DNA from: an uncultured Acidobacteriaceae bacterium
GTDB lineage: Bacteria > Acidobacteriota > Terriglobia > Terriglobales > Acidobacteriaceae
NCBI GenBank assembly: GCA_963837245.1
Contig: CAWIMR010000029.1
Location: forward strand, 347,537 to 411,536
Length of the DNA: 64,000 nucleotides
Direction of reading: 5' to 3'
Shown here: positions 37,560 to 47,721 of the stretch, piece by piece
How positions within the stretch are numbered: position 1 is the stretch's first letter
How the letters are laid out: each line of letters starts with the position of its first letter
Translations under genes and position numbers: made by a program
Notes under the pieces: generated by a model
Seen by the model: the letters and a program-made list of their open reading frames with translations, nothing else
Databases searched by the model: none
What the model was told of the DNA's origin: nothing

Positions 37560-39354
37560 ATAGGGGGGACGGTCACCCGTCCGCCCCTGCCACACCACCG
37601 TACATGCGGGTCCGCATACGGCGGTTCGGTCAGTTGAGTTAGCGATCAGACAAGCGTGGCAGCCCGAGTGAGTCGAAGTAGGCAATCGGAAACGCGCTGT
37701 GCAGCAGGCGGCGGTTGACCGCGCTCCAGCCAGCACGTCGCTTCCGCTGCTTCCAGATCACGGAGCGCAACCTGCGTCGAATCCACTGATCCAGAGCCTG
37801 CAGCACCGAGGGCGTCTCGCAGAACCCGAAGTAGCTCTTCCAACCACGCAAGTAGCTGGTCAGTTCCTTCGTCATCTGCTGCAAACTGATACCCCGCGTC
37901 CGGCGCGTCAGTTCCCGTATCTTCCGCTTGCAACGCAGCAGGGCCCTAGGCGCGATGCGCCGTTTCGCCTTTGCTCCGCCAGTAAAGCTGAAGCCCAGAA
38001 ATTTCCGCTGCTGCACTCGCGCCACGGCACTCTTGGCCTCGTTAACCTTGAGCTTGAGTCGCCGCCGCAGGAAGCTGGTCACGTTGCGCATGACCCTCTT
38101 CCCGGCCCGCTCGCTTGCTACGTAGATATTGCAATCATCCGCGTAGCGCACGAAGCGATGCCGGCGCCGCTCCAACTCCCGGTCGAGTTCATCGAGCACC
38201 AGATTCGAGAGCAGTGGTGACAACGGCCCACCTTGCGGCGTGCCTTCGTCCACCGGACTCACCAGCCCATTCTCCATTACCCCCGCTTGCAGAAACGCGC
38301 GGATCAGCTTCAGCATCCGCTTGTCTCCGACGCGGCGGGCTATCGCACTCATCAGCCGGTCGTGGTTCACCCGATCAAAGAACTTTTCCAGATCGAGGTC
38401 CACCACCCAGCCACGGCCTACACGCACGTACTGCTGCGCCTTCGCCACTGCCTGATGGGCGCTGCGCCTGGGCCGAAACCCGTGGCTGTGTTCGGAGAAC
38501 GTTGAGTCCCACTTGCTTTGCAGTACCTGCATCACCGCTTGCTGAATGAACCGATCCAGCACCGTCGGAATGCCCAACTTCCTCACTCCTCCGTCCGGCT
38601 TGGGGATTTCCACCCGCCTTACCGGTTGCGGCCTGTAGCCCCCGCTCAGCAACTGTTCCCGTAGCGCTGGCCAGTGCTGCTTCAGGTAGTCCGGCAACTC
38701 CCCGACACTCATGCCGTCGATCCCCGGACTTCCTTTATTCGACTTCACTCGTTGCAAAGCCCGCAGCAGGTTCTCTCTGCCGCAGACCTCTTCCATCACT
38801 TGCTCGCTGCTAACCGGGCTTTCGCACCCGCGTTTCGCCGTGGACGTTTCGGTCCCTTCCCGCCGAGCCCTTGGAGCTTCACTCCTCCCCTCGCCAGTGA
38901 AGGCCAGCACCATCTGTAGCTGGTTCTTCTGCCGCTTGTCGCCCATCGAGTCCCGCCGGCTACTCGCCGCTCCTTCCGTTCGGGCCTTCGCCACTGGCGT
39001 GACTACTACGCCCGCTGCTGACTTCTGCGACGCGGTCAGAGTGAATCGCTCCACCCTCAGTCCCGATTCCGGGACACGCCACAGACCTCCCGAGGTAAGC
39101 TCAACCGCCTTCAGCGCACAACCGCCGGATTTACCACCAGCAGCTTTGATGGATGTGGGCTTCGCAGTTTTCTGCCCGCTCGCCCGCTGCCGTAGGCCTC
39201 ATCATCCGGTTTTTGTTCATCGGCTCGCGCCTTTGCTCCACGCTTCTTTCAGACCCCGCCTCGCAGCGACGCCCTTGCGCTTCCCTATCACTTCTCCTCC
39301 ATCAGGATGTGAAGAGGACTTTCACCTCCAAGCTGTTGAACATGCTCGGCACAC
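37560..39354 (-). mobile_element. bacterial class C-like group II intron (~1.8 kb), boundaries approximate
   Basis: 5' end GTGTG begins immediately after terminator hairpin plus TTTTTT on the minus strand (plus coords 39350-39354). The reverse transcriptase/maturase ORF sits in the middle. Domain V-like GAACCGCCGTATGCGG-accc-GCATGTACGGTGG and a domain VI hairpin lie downstream of the ORF stop; the 3' end is ...CCCCCTAT. Confidence 0.75.
37639..39054 (-). CDS. group II intron-encoded reverse transcriptase/maturase (no endonuclease domain evident)
   Basis: RVKSNKGSPGIDGM (RT0/1), PKPDGGVRKLGIPTVLDRFIQQA (RT2), FRPRRSAHQA, YADDCNIYV (RT5, YADD) and maturase X-domain motifs; true start probably downstream of the annotated ATG. 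Confidence 0.9.
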   Translation of the reverse strand: MERFTLTASQKSAAGVVVTPVAKARTEGAASSRRDSMGDKRQKNQLQMVLAFTGEGRSEAPRARREGTETSTAKRGCESPVSSEQVMEEVCGRENLLRALQRVKSNKGSPGIDGMSVGELPDYLKQHWPALREQLLSGGYRPQPVRRVEIPKPDGGVRKLGIPTVLDRFIQQAVMQVLQSKWDSTFSEHSHGFRPRRSAHQAVAKAQQYVRVGRGWVVDLDLEKFFDRVNHDRLMSAIARRVGDKRMLKLIRAFLQAGVMENGLVSPVDEGTPQGGPLSPLLSNLVLDELDRELERRRHRFVRYADDCNIYVASERAGKRVMRNVTSFLRRRLKLKVNEAKSAVARVQQRKFLGFSFTGGAKAKRRIAPRALLRCKRKIRELTRRTRGISLQQMTKELTSYLRGWKSYFGFCETPSVLQALDQWIRRRLRSVIWKQRKRRAGWSAVNRRLLHSAFPIAYFDSLGLPRLSDR

Positions 39355-39384
39355 AAAAAAGGCCACCCGCAGAAGCGGGTGGCT
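39355..39384 (-). terminator. rho-independent terminator of the upstream TonB-dependent-receptor-like gene, and the group II intron target site
   Basis: Minus strand: GCCACCCGC-TTCT-GCGGGTGGC then CTTTTTT. Confidence 0.65.
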
Positions 39385-39434
39385 CTGAGAACAACGGCAG
39401 CGTTCCTGGCAACCGCCGGCGCAAAGGCCGCAGC

Positions 39435-42400
39435 TTAGAACGCAATGCGCATGCCGAACTCCATGGCGCGTGGCGCGCCCAGGTTGAAAACACCGGTACC
39501 GACCCCTACGCGGTTGGTAATGCGATCGGCGGCAGTGGTGCCATTGATCGTGCCCGCGCTGCCCGTCAAGGCACCGGTCAGGGCGTTCGGAGGCAGGTCA
39601 AAGTTGGCGAAATTGAAGAGGTTGTAGAAACCCACACCGGGCTGGAGTTGAATGACATGGCTCTTCAACTCAACGTTGTAGGTCCAGTTTAACTTCAGGT
39701 CAAAGTCTCGAAGCGAACCCAGGTTCACCTGGCCGTTGGGAGCGGGTTGCAGGGTGCAGTTCGGACTGTTGATGCCCATTCCCTGAACACATGGCGCCAC
39801 TCCACCAAGTTGCTGGAGCTGGCTGACGGTGAACAGGCCATTGTTGACCAGCGTCATTCCGGCTGGCGTTGGCTGGTTACCTTGGGTGGCATTGTAGCTC
39901 GCCAATAACGTATTAAGCGTACTGGCATGGACGGACCTTCCGTAGGCTCCATTGAGCGTTCCCGGCAGCGGATCCCCCGTTGTACCGTCACCCGTGAAAT
40001 CGGTCTGGAATATCTGTCCCGCTCCAGATCCAGGTACGATGATCGGCAGCGGCAACGACGAATTGAAGTGGCCGATGAAGGAGACCTGGAAGTGCCACGG
40101 CAGGCTACCGACAACGCCGAAGGAAAACTGCTGGGGGCGATCGAGCAGCGAGGGCCCAAAATACCGGTTCGGGTTTTCATTGTCTAGCGCAGGAATCACG
40201 AAGTCCTGATCACTGTTGGCGACCGCACCCGGCGCGGTAGCACTGCCACCACCCGAGTTCTTGAAGGAAGAGTAGGCGTAGGAGATCTGTGCGTTCAAGC
40301 CGGGGAGCCACTTAGCCACGTTGTGTTTTTGATAGGTGAGTTTCATCTCCACCGCGTTGTATTTCGAGATTCCTGAGGGAACCATGAATGTCATCGCGGG
40401 CGCTGCCGGATTTAGGCCTCCAAAGGCGCAGCCTCCCGGTGGGCAAGATCCCGTTCCACCCAGATCACCTTGGGAATCCAAGCCATTCTGGGCAAAACTG
40501 CTGATGGTCGCGCCGTTCGCAATGGCACAATTGATCGCGGCCGCACTGGAGCCTCCCGCGCAACCGAACGAGGCAGTGGTGTTTGCGATCGCCGTCTGAG
40601 CGTTCGCCTTATTGAAGTACTTCACGTCGCCGGTGTGGTTCAAATCCACGCCAAGCAGCAGGCCCGTGGTGACGTTGCGGACATAGTCCACGCTGCCCAC
40701 GACGCCAGGCGCAAATTCATGCTGTATGCCAACATTGATCTGGGTGGAACGTGGTGTCTTATAGTTGGGAGCAAACAGGCCGATCGGAAAGTTTATGCCC
40801 CCGTTGAGGTAACCCGAAACGATGTAGTTGGGGTTGGGATTATTAAGGTTGAACGGGTTGGCCGCCTGGTATTGCTGCTGCAAGGTTGCAATCGCCGAAC
40901 CCACTTGGCCCAGGGAAAGCTGACTGCCATCAGGAGCGAGACCGCAATCCTCAGGCGTGACGGTTGGCTGACCGGAGCCCGGAAGCTGAGTTATGGTTCC
41001 GAAAACGCAGGGTGTCGGGGTCTGCAGGAACGCGCCATTCTGAAGCCGCAATGGGCGATCAAAAAGGACATTGTTAAAGATCACGTTCTCGTAATACAGG
41101 CCAATGCCCGCACGAACCACGTTTTTGCCGGTTTTCCATGGATCCCAAGCGATTCCCAGGTTGGGGCCGAAATTCAGGTTCGGATTGGGAATTGCATTGC
41201 CCAGATTAGGAAAGTCCGAAACCACATTGTTCAGCGCGGGTATGCCCGGCAGATCGCTGTCCGTGCGGCCGGTGTCGCGTACATAGCGCAGGCCGAGATT
41301 CACGGTGAAATTAGAAAACATCTTCCAAGTGTCAGCGATATACGCTCCCAAGCGATTATCCGGTCCCAGTCCGCCAGCCGGGAAGCCAAACGCCGACTGG
41401 GTTGTGGAGAAACCCTGGCCGTTGCCAAGGATCACGATATCAACAGGATAATTAAGAGGGTTCCCAGCGCCGCCGGGATAGGGCCCGGCAGCCGCGAAAG
41501 CTTGGTCTCCTGAATAGTTGGTAACTACTTGCGGCGCCAGCGAAAAGAACTTCGCAAAGCCACCGCCTTGTATGTGGTTATAGTCCACGCCATAGCGCAG
41601 GATGTGCTTACCAACGGTCTTTGAGCCGTCGTACTTGATTTGGTGGTCACTCTGGGGCGTGCTTTGCGGCGCCAGAAGGTTGGGCCCAGTAGAGGGGCCG
41701 TTATTGACGTCGATGTTGAGATAAAGGCCGTTGCCGGGGAAGTTCGCCAGCGGCAGCGTGCTGCCGATGACCGCGTCCGCGATTTCGTTCTGGAACTTCA
41801 GATAGCTGAAGCGAATGCTGTGGGTCCAGGCGCCGGTGACGAAATCGGCGCCACCTACGTAATTGCGGACGTAGTTTTTCGACTGATACACCTGAAGGCT
41901 GTCGGAAAAGAAGGTGCCCTCCGCCTTGATTTGCGAGTAGCTGTAGCGGAAGAACAGCTTGATGTTGTGGGGTGCGACGAAATCCACGCGCCCCAGAGCA
42001 TTGGGGTTTGAGAAGGGCGAGTTGAAGCCCCCTGAGAAACTATCAAAGGGTGGGGCATACTGGACGGGCCCGAACAGGCTCTGGTTGGTCCCGTCGCCTT
42101 CCGCGAAGTAGAACAACTTGTCCTTGATAAAGGCTCCGCCCACGCTGCCACCGTATTGGTTGCGGTGATAATTGGGATCGTCGAAACCCGCAGGCTTTGG
42201 CAAGGACGCATCCACGCTGCTGGTGCGGTAATATTCGTAGCCCTCGCCGTGGATGGTGTTGGTACCTGACTTGGTGGACACGTTGACCACGCCTGACGAA
42301 CTCAGATCGTTGGATAAATCCATTGTGGATTGCGCGATCTGGAATTCCTGAATGGCGCTGGCCGAGATGTTGCCCGTGGTCGTGCCGACGGTTTCGTCGG

Positions 42401-43031
42401 AGATGTCCGTGCCATCCACCTGGATACGCGCGGTGCGGCCGAAACGGCCGCCAAACGAAATGGACTGGTAGCCAATCTTGGTTGGGTCGAAGTTGGTTCC
42501 ATCCTGAATCTGCACGCCCGGCTCAAGCTGCGCCAGATCGAGGAAATTACGGCCATTGACGGGTAAATTCTCAATCTGGGTCGCGGTCAGAACACCCTGC
42601 ACCGACGTCTGTTCGGTGTTTACGCCAACCGCCGCCGCCTCGACATTGACGGTCGTGGACTCCGAGCCCACTTGCAACTTGAAATTGACAGCGCTGTTGT
42701 TGCCGATTTGGACCAGCACACTGGTCTCGGAACGGGAAAACCCTTTTGCCTGCACGCTGACCGTGTAGGTGCCCGCCGTGATCGAGCCGGAGTTATAGGA
42801 CCCGCTCGAGTTGGTGGTCACGTTGGTCGTGACGCCGGTGTCGGTCCGGGTGATGGCCACCTTGGCCCCCGACACGGCAGCCCCGCTGGGATCGGTTACC
42901 GTGCCATTGATGTTCCCCGTGGATATGGTGGATTGGGCATTCAGGGTGGAGGGCAGCAACAGGAGCAGAGTTGCCAGCGCAGCAATTAGACAAAGGATCG
43001 CGCGCCGTTCGTGGGCGTTCAAACGCGTCAT
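39435..43031 (-). CDS. TonB-dependent-receptor-like outer-membrane protein with N-terminal carboxypeptidase-regulatory-like domain (paralog 1, intact, ~1198 aa)
   Basis: Signal peptide MTRLNAHERRAILCLIAALATLLLLLPSTLNA; INGTVTDPSGAAVSGAKVAITRTDTG..; C-terminus ..GAPRAMEFGMRIAF*; GAGAGGA Shine-Dalgarno. The ORF track start at 43109 is an upstream in-frame extension. Confidence 0.8.
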   Translation of the reverse strand: MTRLNAHERRAILCLIAALATLLLLLPSTLNAQSTISTGNINGTVTDPSGAAVSGAKVAITRTDTGVTTNVTTNSSGSYNSGSITAGTYTVSVQAKGFSRSETSVLVQIGNNSAVNFKLQVGSESTTVNVEAAAVGVNTEQTSVQGVLTATQIENLPVNGRNFLDLAQLEPGVQIQDGTNFDPTKIGYQSISFGGRFGRTARIQVDGTDISDETVGTTTGNISASAIQEFQIAQSTMDLSNDLSSSGVVNVSTKSGTNTIHGEGYEYYRTSSVDASLPKPAGFDDPNYHRNQYGGSVGGAFIKDKLFYFAEGDGTNQSLFGPVQYAPPFDSFSGGFNSPFSNPNALGRVDFVAPHNIKLFFRYSYSQIKAEGTFFSDSLQVYQSKNYVRNYVGGADFVTGAWTHSIRFSYLKFQNEIADAVIGSTLPLANFPGNGLYLNIDVNNGPSTGPNLLAPQSTPQSDHQIKYDGSKTVGKHILRYGVDYNHIQGGGFAKFFSLAPQVVTNYSGDQAFAAAGPYPGGAGNPLNYPVDIVILGNGQGFSTTQSAFGFPAGGLGPDNRLGAYIADTWKMFSNFTVNLGLRYVRDTGRTDSDLPGIPALNNVVSDFPNLGNAIPNPNLNFGPNLGIAWDPWKTGKNVVRAGIGLYYENVIFNNVLFDRPLRLQNGAFLQTPTPCVFGTITQLPGSGQPTVTPEDCGLAPDGSQLSLGQVGSAIATLQQQYQAANPFNLNNPNPNYIVSGYLNGGINFPIGLFAPNYKTPRSTQINVGIQHEFAPGVVGSVDYVRNVTTGLLLGVDLNHTGDVKYFNKANAQTAIANTTASFGCAGGSSAAAINCAIANGATISSFAQNGLDSQGDLGGTGSCPPGGCAFGGLNPAAPAMTFMVPSGISKYNAVEMKLTYQKHNVAKWLPGLNAQISYAYSSFKNSGGGSATAPGAVANSDQDFVIPALDNENPNRYFGPSLLDRPQQFSFGVVGSLPWHFQVSFIGHFNSSLPLPIIVPGSGAGQIFQTDFTGDGTTGDPLPGTLNGAYGRSVHASTLNTLLASYNATQGNQPTPAGMTLVNNGLFTVSQLQQLGGVAPCVQGMGINSPNCTLQPAPNGQVNLGSLRDFDLKLNWTYNVELKSHVIQLQPGVGFYNLFNFANFDLPPNALTGALTGSAGTINGTTAADRITNRVGVGTGVFNLGAPRAMEFGMRIAF

Positions 43032-43605
43032 ACGCTTTTCCTCTCTAGGGATGTCGTCAACCTGCCAGATCGCCCACCAGAAGACGTGCGTCTTCTTCCC
43101 GCCGGTCAACCTTGTGAATGTGCGCTGTCAACTTTGACAACGAATGCCGCAGCCCGATAGCTGCGGATCGCAACTGCCGGTTTCCAAATTCGGTGGTTAC
43201 AGTGACGAAAATAGAAGGTGGAGCATGTGCCGAGGAAAGACTGGTTCCACTGGCAAACCAGACGGAAGTGGCATACTGCCGGACTGTGTAGCGTAGCCAA
43301 GTAACTTGGCACAACCGACCCCACATCGGTGGCGCTTATTGCCGACTTGGGGTGCTTCTATGCAATTGGTTAGCCAAACCAGAGAGGAAGTAACTCTCTG
43401 GAAACACTAAAGCCGAGGGGCGGATTGCTGGATTAATGGTACGAAATTCAGAATGCTGAGATTTATGAAATCCTGTTTTTCATAGCCGAGGTGGATATCG
43501 ACAACGACAGCGGCAGCTGAACTCCTTGGACTTGGGGAACCGGCCTTCGGTCGGCAAGAGCTAAAGTAACCTGTTAAACATGCCAAGGAGGTTATAATAA
43601 CTTCG

Positions 43606-44232
43606 GTGCATTCTCACCCCGACCCGCCGGATTATCAATTCGACCTCAGCGGCGGTGCGCCCTGTCTGGACTTCGCCAACACTGTGAGTTGGCGTAAAGC
43701 TCCCAGGCAGTTGAACGACCACCTGAGAAACTACGGCGACCTGGTAGCTTTTGCCGAGCAATCGACCATGCTGTCAGCTCAGCAAGCCGGCCGCTTGCGC
43801 GCCCAGGCACGAAGCCGTGGTGACGCGGCTCAGCACACCTGGCAAACAGCGATTGCCTATCGCGAGACTCTCTATCGGGTGTTTGCTGCCCTAGCTGACA
43901 AGAAGACGCCGCCCTCCAACGAGATCCAGAAGATCAACGACTTCGCAGTCGAGGTGCTGGGCCACCGCCGCCTGGTACGGGCCGATGGCCGCTATCGTTG
44001 GGAATGGCAGTGGAATGAGGACCCTCTGGGCAGCATTCTATGGCCGGTCGCGCAGTCGGCGGCCGACCTTCTTGTTGCACCCGAGCTTGCCGAAGTGCGT
44101 ATCTGCGAGGCACCGGACTGCGCCTGGCTGTTCCTAGACCACAGCCGCAATCGCAGCCGCCGCTGGTGCGACATGAAAGTCTGTGGCAACCGCCAGAAGG
44201 CCCGTCGCCATTACCGCCGCGCCCACGGATAG
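43606..44232 (+). CDS. CGNR zinc-finger / ABATE-domain putative stress-responsive regulator
   Basis: C-terminal CEAPDCAWLFLDHSRNRSRRWCDMKVCGNRQKARRHYRR is the CGNR zinc-finger signature. Confidence 0.8.
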   Translation: MHSHPDPPDYQFDLSGGAPCLDFANTVSWRKAPRQLNDHLRNYGDLVAFAEQSTMLSAQQAGRLRAQARSRGDAAQHTWQTAIAYRETLYRVFAALADKKTPPSNEIQKINDFAVEVLGHRRLVRADGRYRWEWQWNEDPLGSILWPVAQSAADLLVAPELAEVRICEAPDCAWLFLDHSRNRSRRWCDMKVCGNRQKARRHYRRAHG

Positions 44233-45234
44233 TCATTCCGCCCGAGCTTGCGGCGTAATCACTAGCCTGAGCAATTCCGCTCCCCGTACCACCTCGACTT
44301 CGCACTCAACCCCATTGCGTTCGCCGGTCAACATGCGATGCAAGTCGTCCACCCCGGCGATCGCTTTCCCGGCAAAGCGGACCAGCACATCGCGTTCTCG
44401 CAGTCCCGCGCGCTGAGCCGGTGATCCAGACACGACTTCCAGGACCAGCAGTCCGCTCTCCGATGGAAGATCGTAATAACGCACCAGGCGGCGATGCAGG
44501 GCAGCGCCCTGTCCTGTCACGCCGATATAGCTGCGCTGGATCCTCCCGTCGCGAATCAACCGCGAGGCAACGAACTCCGCGGTGTCTGCTCCTATGGCAA
44601 AGCAGATACCTTGTGCGCCCATGATGGTCGCAGTGTTCACGCCCACCACTTGCCCTTGTGAGTCCACGAGCGGCCCGCCCGAATTGCCCGGATTCAGCGC
44701 CGCGTCGGTCTGGATGACGCCGTCGATCAGGCGTCCGGAGCGCGAGCGCATGCTCCGTCCCAGAGCGCTTACTACTCCGGCCGTCACCGTGTGCTGAAAG
44801 CCCAGCGGATTACCGATGGCGATTACCAGTTGCCCCACCATGAGGCGGCGCGAGCTTCCCAGTGGCACTGAAGCCACCTCGTGGCCGCCCCGAATTACCG
44901 CCAGGTCGGTGTCGGGATCGTCGCCGACCAGTTCGGCCGGGAAACGTTCGCCGCCGGCGGTGGAAACCATCAGCTCTGAAGCGCCGTGCACGACGTGACT
45001 GTTGGTCAGAATGAATCCGTCAGGAGTGAAGATGAATCCCGACCCTGAACCGTCACGTCCGCGGCCCTGGCGCACCTGAATATGCACCACCGCCGGGCCG
45101 ACGCGCTGTACGGCGCCAACCACGGCGCGCGAGTACGCATCGAGGAAACCGGAGTCAGGGTTGTGCGGATAATCGCTTTGCGGATCTAGCGGGATGTTGG
45201 GAGCCTCTTCTCCCAGCCACTCTATGGATGCCAT
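44233..45234 (-). CDS. trypsin-like serine protease (S1C/HtrA-like) with C-terminal PDZ domain
   Basis: Catalytic triad context TNSHVV, DLAVI, GNSGGPL; no signal peptide. Confidence 0.8.
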   Translation of the reverse strand: MASIEWLGEEAPNIPLDPQSDYPHNPDSGFLDAYSRAVVGAVQRVGPAVVHIQVRQGRGRDGSGSGFIFTPDGFILTNSHVVHGASELMVSTAGGERFPAELVGDDPDTDLAVIRGGHEVASVPLGSSRRLMVGQLVIAIGNPLGFQHTVTAGVVSALGRSMRSRSGRLIDGVIQTDAALNPGNSGGPLVDSQGQVVGVNTATIMGAQGICFAIGADTAEFVASRLIRDGRIQRSYIGVTGQGAALHRRLVRYYDLPSESGLLVLEVVSGSPAQRAGLRERDVLVRFAGKAIAGVDDLHRMLTGERNGVECEVEVVRGAELLRLVITPQARAE

Positions 45235-45413
45235 GGCATGTGGATGCTGGTGACCACGGCTTCGATTCCCCAGCGGCTTTGCGCCCGCAGAAACACCGGA
45301 TAGACTGCCTCGCCACGCGATCAGTGACCGGCCCTGCGGAAGACGTCTCGTAGACCGGCACGATCAGCAAGAACGCCCCCGTGCACGGAGCGTCATTCAC
45401 TAGCAGTTGCTTA

Positions 45414-47072
45414 CTATCCCTTGCTCATCCACTTGTTAAACGTCCAGAACAGCACGGCGGCCAGTCCTATCGACGCGGGCAAGGTCAGGACCCACGCCAT
45501 CAGCAAATTGCGGATGGTGGACATCTGCAAGCCCGACTTGTTCGCCCACATGGTGCCAGCCACGCCCGAGGACAATACGTGCGTGGTACTCACCGGCAGT
45601 CCCATGTAATCGGCCGCACCGATCGTCATCATCGCCGTGATTTCGGCCGCTGCGCCCTGCCCGTATGTCAGATGGTCTTTGCCGATCTTCTCGCCCACGG
45701 TGACGACGATGCGCTTCCAGCCCACCATCGTGCCCAAGCCCAGCGCCAACGCGACCGCGACTTTCACCCATGTGGGAATGAACTTCGTGGCCTTGTCAAC
45801 ATGCTTCTTGTAGTTATCCAGAACGGTCCAATCTGACGCGGAGATTTTGGCTGCGCCGGACTTCTTCAACAGCCGCAGCGCCTCGCTGGTCAGGTACATG
45901 TCATTGCGGAAGTTCCGCACCTGCTCTTCCGGCACGCGCCCCAGTTCCTTGAAATTCGCGACTTCGGTCCCAACATCGTTGACCGTGTTGCGCAGGGCCA
46001 ACATGGTATTGGGCGTGAATTCTTTGGTGCGCACGTACTCCTTCACGTCTTCGCGCGGATCGCCCAGCACGCCATTGGGATTGACATACTTGTCGAGCAC
46101 GTTCCCTGCTTGCTGCGAAACCGCAATGAAGTCGACCGAGTCCTGCGTGGTCAAGGCGTGGTTCAACGCGTAGGCTGTCGGCACCGTGCCGATCAGGATC
46201 AACATGATTAAGCCCATGCCCTTCTGTCCATCGTTGGAACCATGCGCGAAGCTCACGCCGGTGCACGTCAACACCAGCAGCGCGCGAATCCAGAAGGGCG
46301 GCGGCGCATCGCCTTCCGGCGCTTTGTATAGCCGTGGATCATGGATAAACACCTTCGAAAGTTGCAGCAGTAGGGCCGCCACCGCGAACCCGATAATCGG
46401 GGAGAACACCAGCGACTTGGCAATCTTCAGTGCCTGGTCCCAGTCCACCCCGCTGGTCGCAGTGCGCGCATTCATCAACTGGTTGGCGATGCCGACGCCG
46501 ATAATCGAGCCGATCAGGGTGTGCGAACTGGAAGCTGGCAGCCCCAGCCACCAAGTGCCCAGGTTCCAGATGATAGCCGCCGACAGCAGAGCGAACACCA
46601 TGGCATATCCTGCGCCACTGCCCACCTGCAAAATTAACTCAACCGGCAGCAGCGACACGATGGCGAAGGCAACCGCGCCGGTGGACAGCACAACTCCCAG
46701 GAAGTTCCAGAAGCCCGACCATGCCACCGCCACGTGCGGATCGAGGGAATGTGTGTAAATGACTGTCGCCACGGCGTTGGCTGTATCGTGGAAACCGTTC
46801 ACGAATTCAAATCCCAATGCGACCAGCAACGCAACGGCTAGCAGCGCAAAGGCGTAGCTGGAGGGATGATGCACGTGGCTCACGTCGGAGATCAGGTTCG
46901 AAAGGGCATATACAATCCCAATTGCAAATAACGCCAGAAAAATGAAAATCCCGATCTTGTGCGGTCCCTTGTTGATCTTGTCGTGCACCGCTGCGGTAAC
47001 GGGCGCGTCCTGAGTCGGATAAGGCGGCGGTGTCGCTGTGGCAGTCATGAATCTTCCTTTTATTGCGAGCAA
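45414..47072 (-). CDS. inorganic phosphate transporter, PiT (PHO4) family
   Basis: GFHDTANAV and GSNDGQKGMG PiT signature repeats; ~12 TM helices; true start may be the internal ATG (MTATAT...). Confidence 0.85.
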   Translation of the reverse strand: MLAIKGRFMTATATPPPYPTQDAPVTAAVHDKINKGPHKIGIFIFLALFAIGIVYALSNLISDVSHVHHPSSYAFALLAVALLVALGFEFVNGFHDTANAVATVIYTHSLDPHVAVAWSGFWNFLGVVLSTGAVAFAIVSLLPVELILQVGSGAGYAMVFALLSAAIIWNLGTWWLGLPASSSHTLIGSIIGVGIANQLMNARTATSGVDWDQALKIAKSLVFSPIIGFAVAALLLQLSKVFIHDPRLYKAPEGDAPPPFWIRALLVLTCTGVSFAHGSNDGQKGMGLIMLILIGTVPTAYALNHALTTQDSVDFIAVSQQAGNVLDKYVNPNGVLGDPREDVKEYVRTKEFTPNTMLALRNTVNDVGTEVANFKELGRVPEEQVRNFRNDMYLTSEALRLLKKSGAAKISASDWTVLDNYKKHVDKATKFIPTWVKVAVALALGLGTMVGWKRIVVTVGEKIGKDHLTYGQGAAAEITAMMTIGAADYMGLPVSTTHVLSSGVAGTMWANKSGLQMSTIRNLLMAWVLTLPASIGLAAVLFWTFNKWMSKG

Positions 47073-47219
47073 TGGGGAGCGCCGGGGAAGACGACCCGAG
47101 GCCGAAGAGTACTATGCGACCAAGGCGATCATCATTAACACGATTTAAATGACTGATGAATATCTGGTGACAACGCGAATTGATTTTCCGGCGAGTGGAT
47201 GCGCATTAATTTTCAGTGA

Positions 47220-47501
47220 ATGGTCCGTGCAGTGATTGACCATCCATCAGCGCTCCTCTACTATCCCACAGCTATGGATAACTTGAAGCTGGATGAATTA
47301 CAGCAAGCCTACAAGCGGGCGGTGGACCAGTGGGTAGATGCTATTCGCGCCGAAGAAGCTCTGGCTACGCCTGACCACTCAGAGGTAGCGATGGAGCGCT
47401 GGGACCGCGCCACTTTCGCGGAGCAGGATGCGCAGGAAAAAGCCAAGCACGCGCGGGATAAGTATAAAGACGCACTCCGGCAAGTAAATTACGGGTTTTG
47501 A
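47220..47501 (+). CDS. hypothetical small protein
   Basis: ORF only; alternative start at 47274 (MDNLKLDEL...). Confidence 0.35.
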   Translation: MVRAVIDHPSALLYYPTAMDNLKLDELQQAYKRAVDQWVDAIRAEEALATPDHSEVAMERWDRATFAEQDAQEKAKHARDKYKDALRQVNYGF

Positions 47502-47721
47502 ATCTCAACTTGCAAAGGTAAGGTATAGGTGATGGTTTAGGTCCGCGACGAGTCCTGGAAACCTGCCATAAGTATCTATACCGTAGATTCCCAGAACTAT
47601 GCGTAATCTATTGATGGTCCGAACGCCGGGCTTGCCCATCTCCATCATGCTTTCGGCGACATTGTTCTGGGCCTTTCGGCACATGACGTCATAGACCTGA
47701 CGGGCGACGCAGACTTACCGC

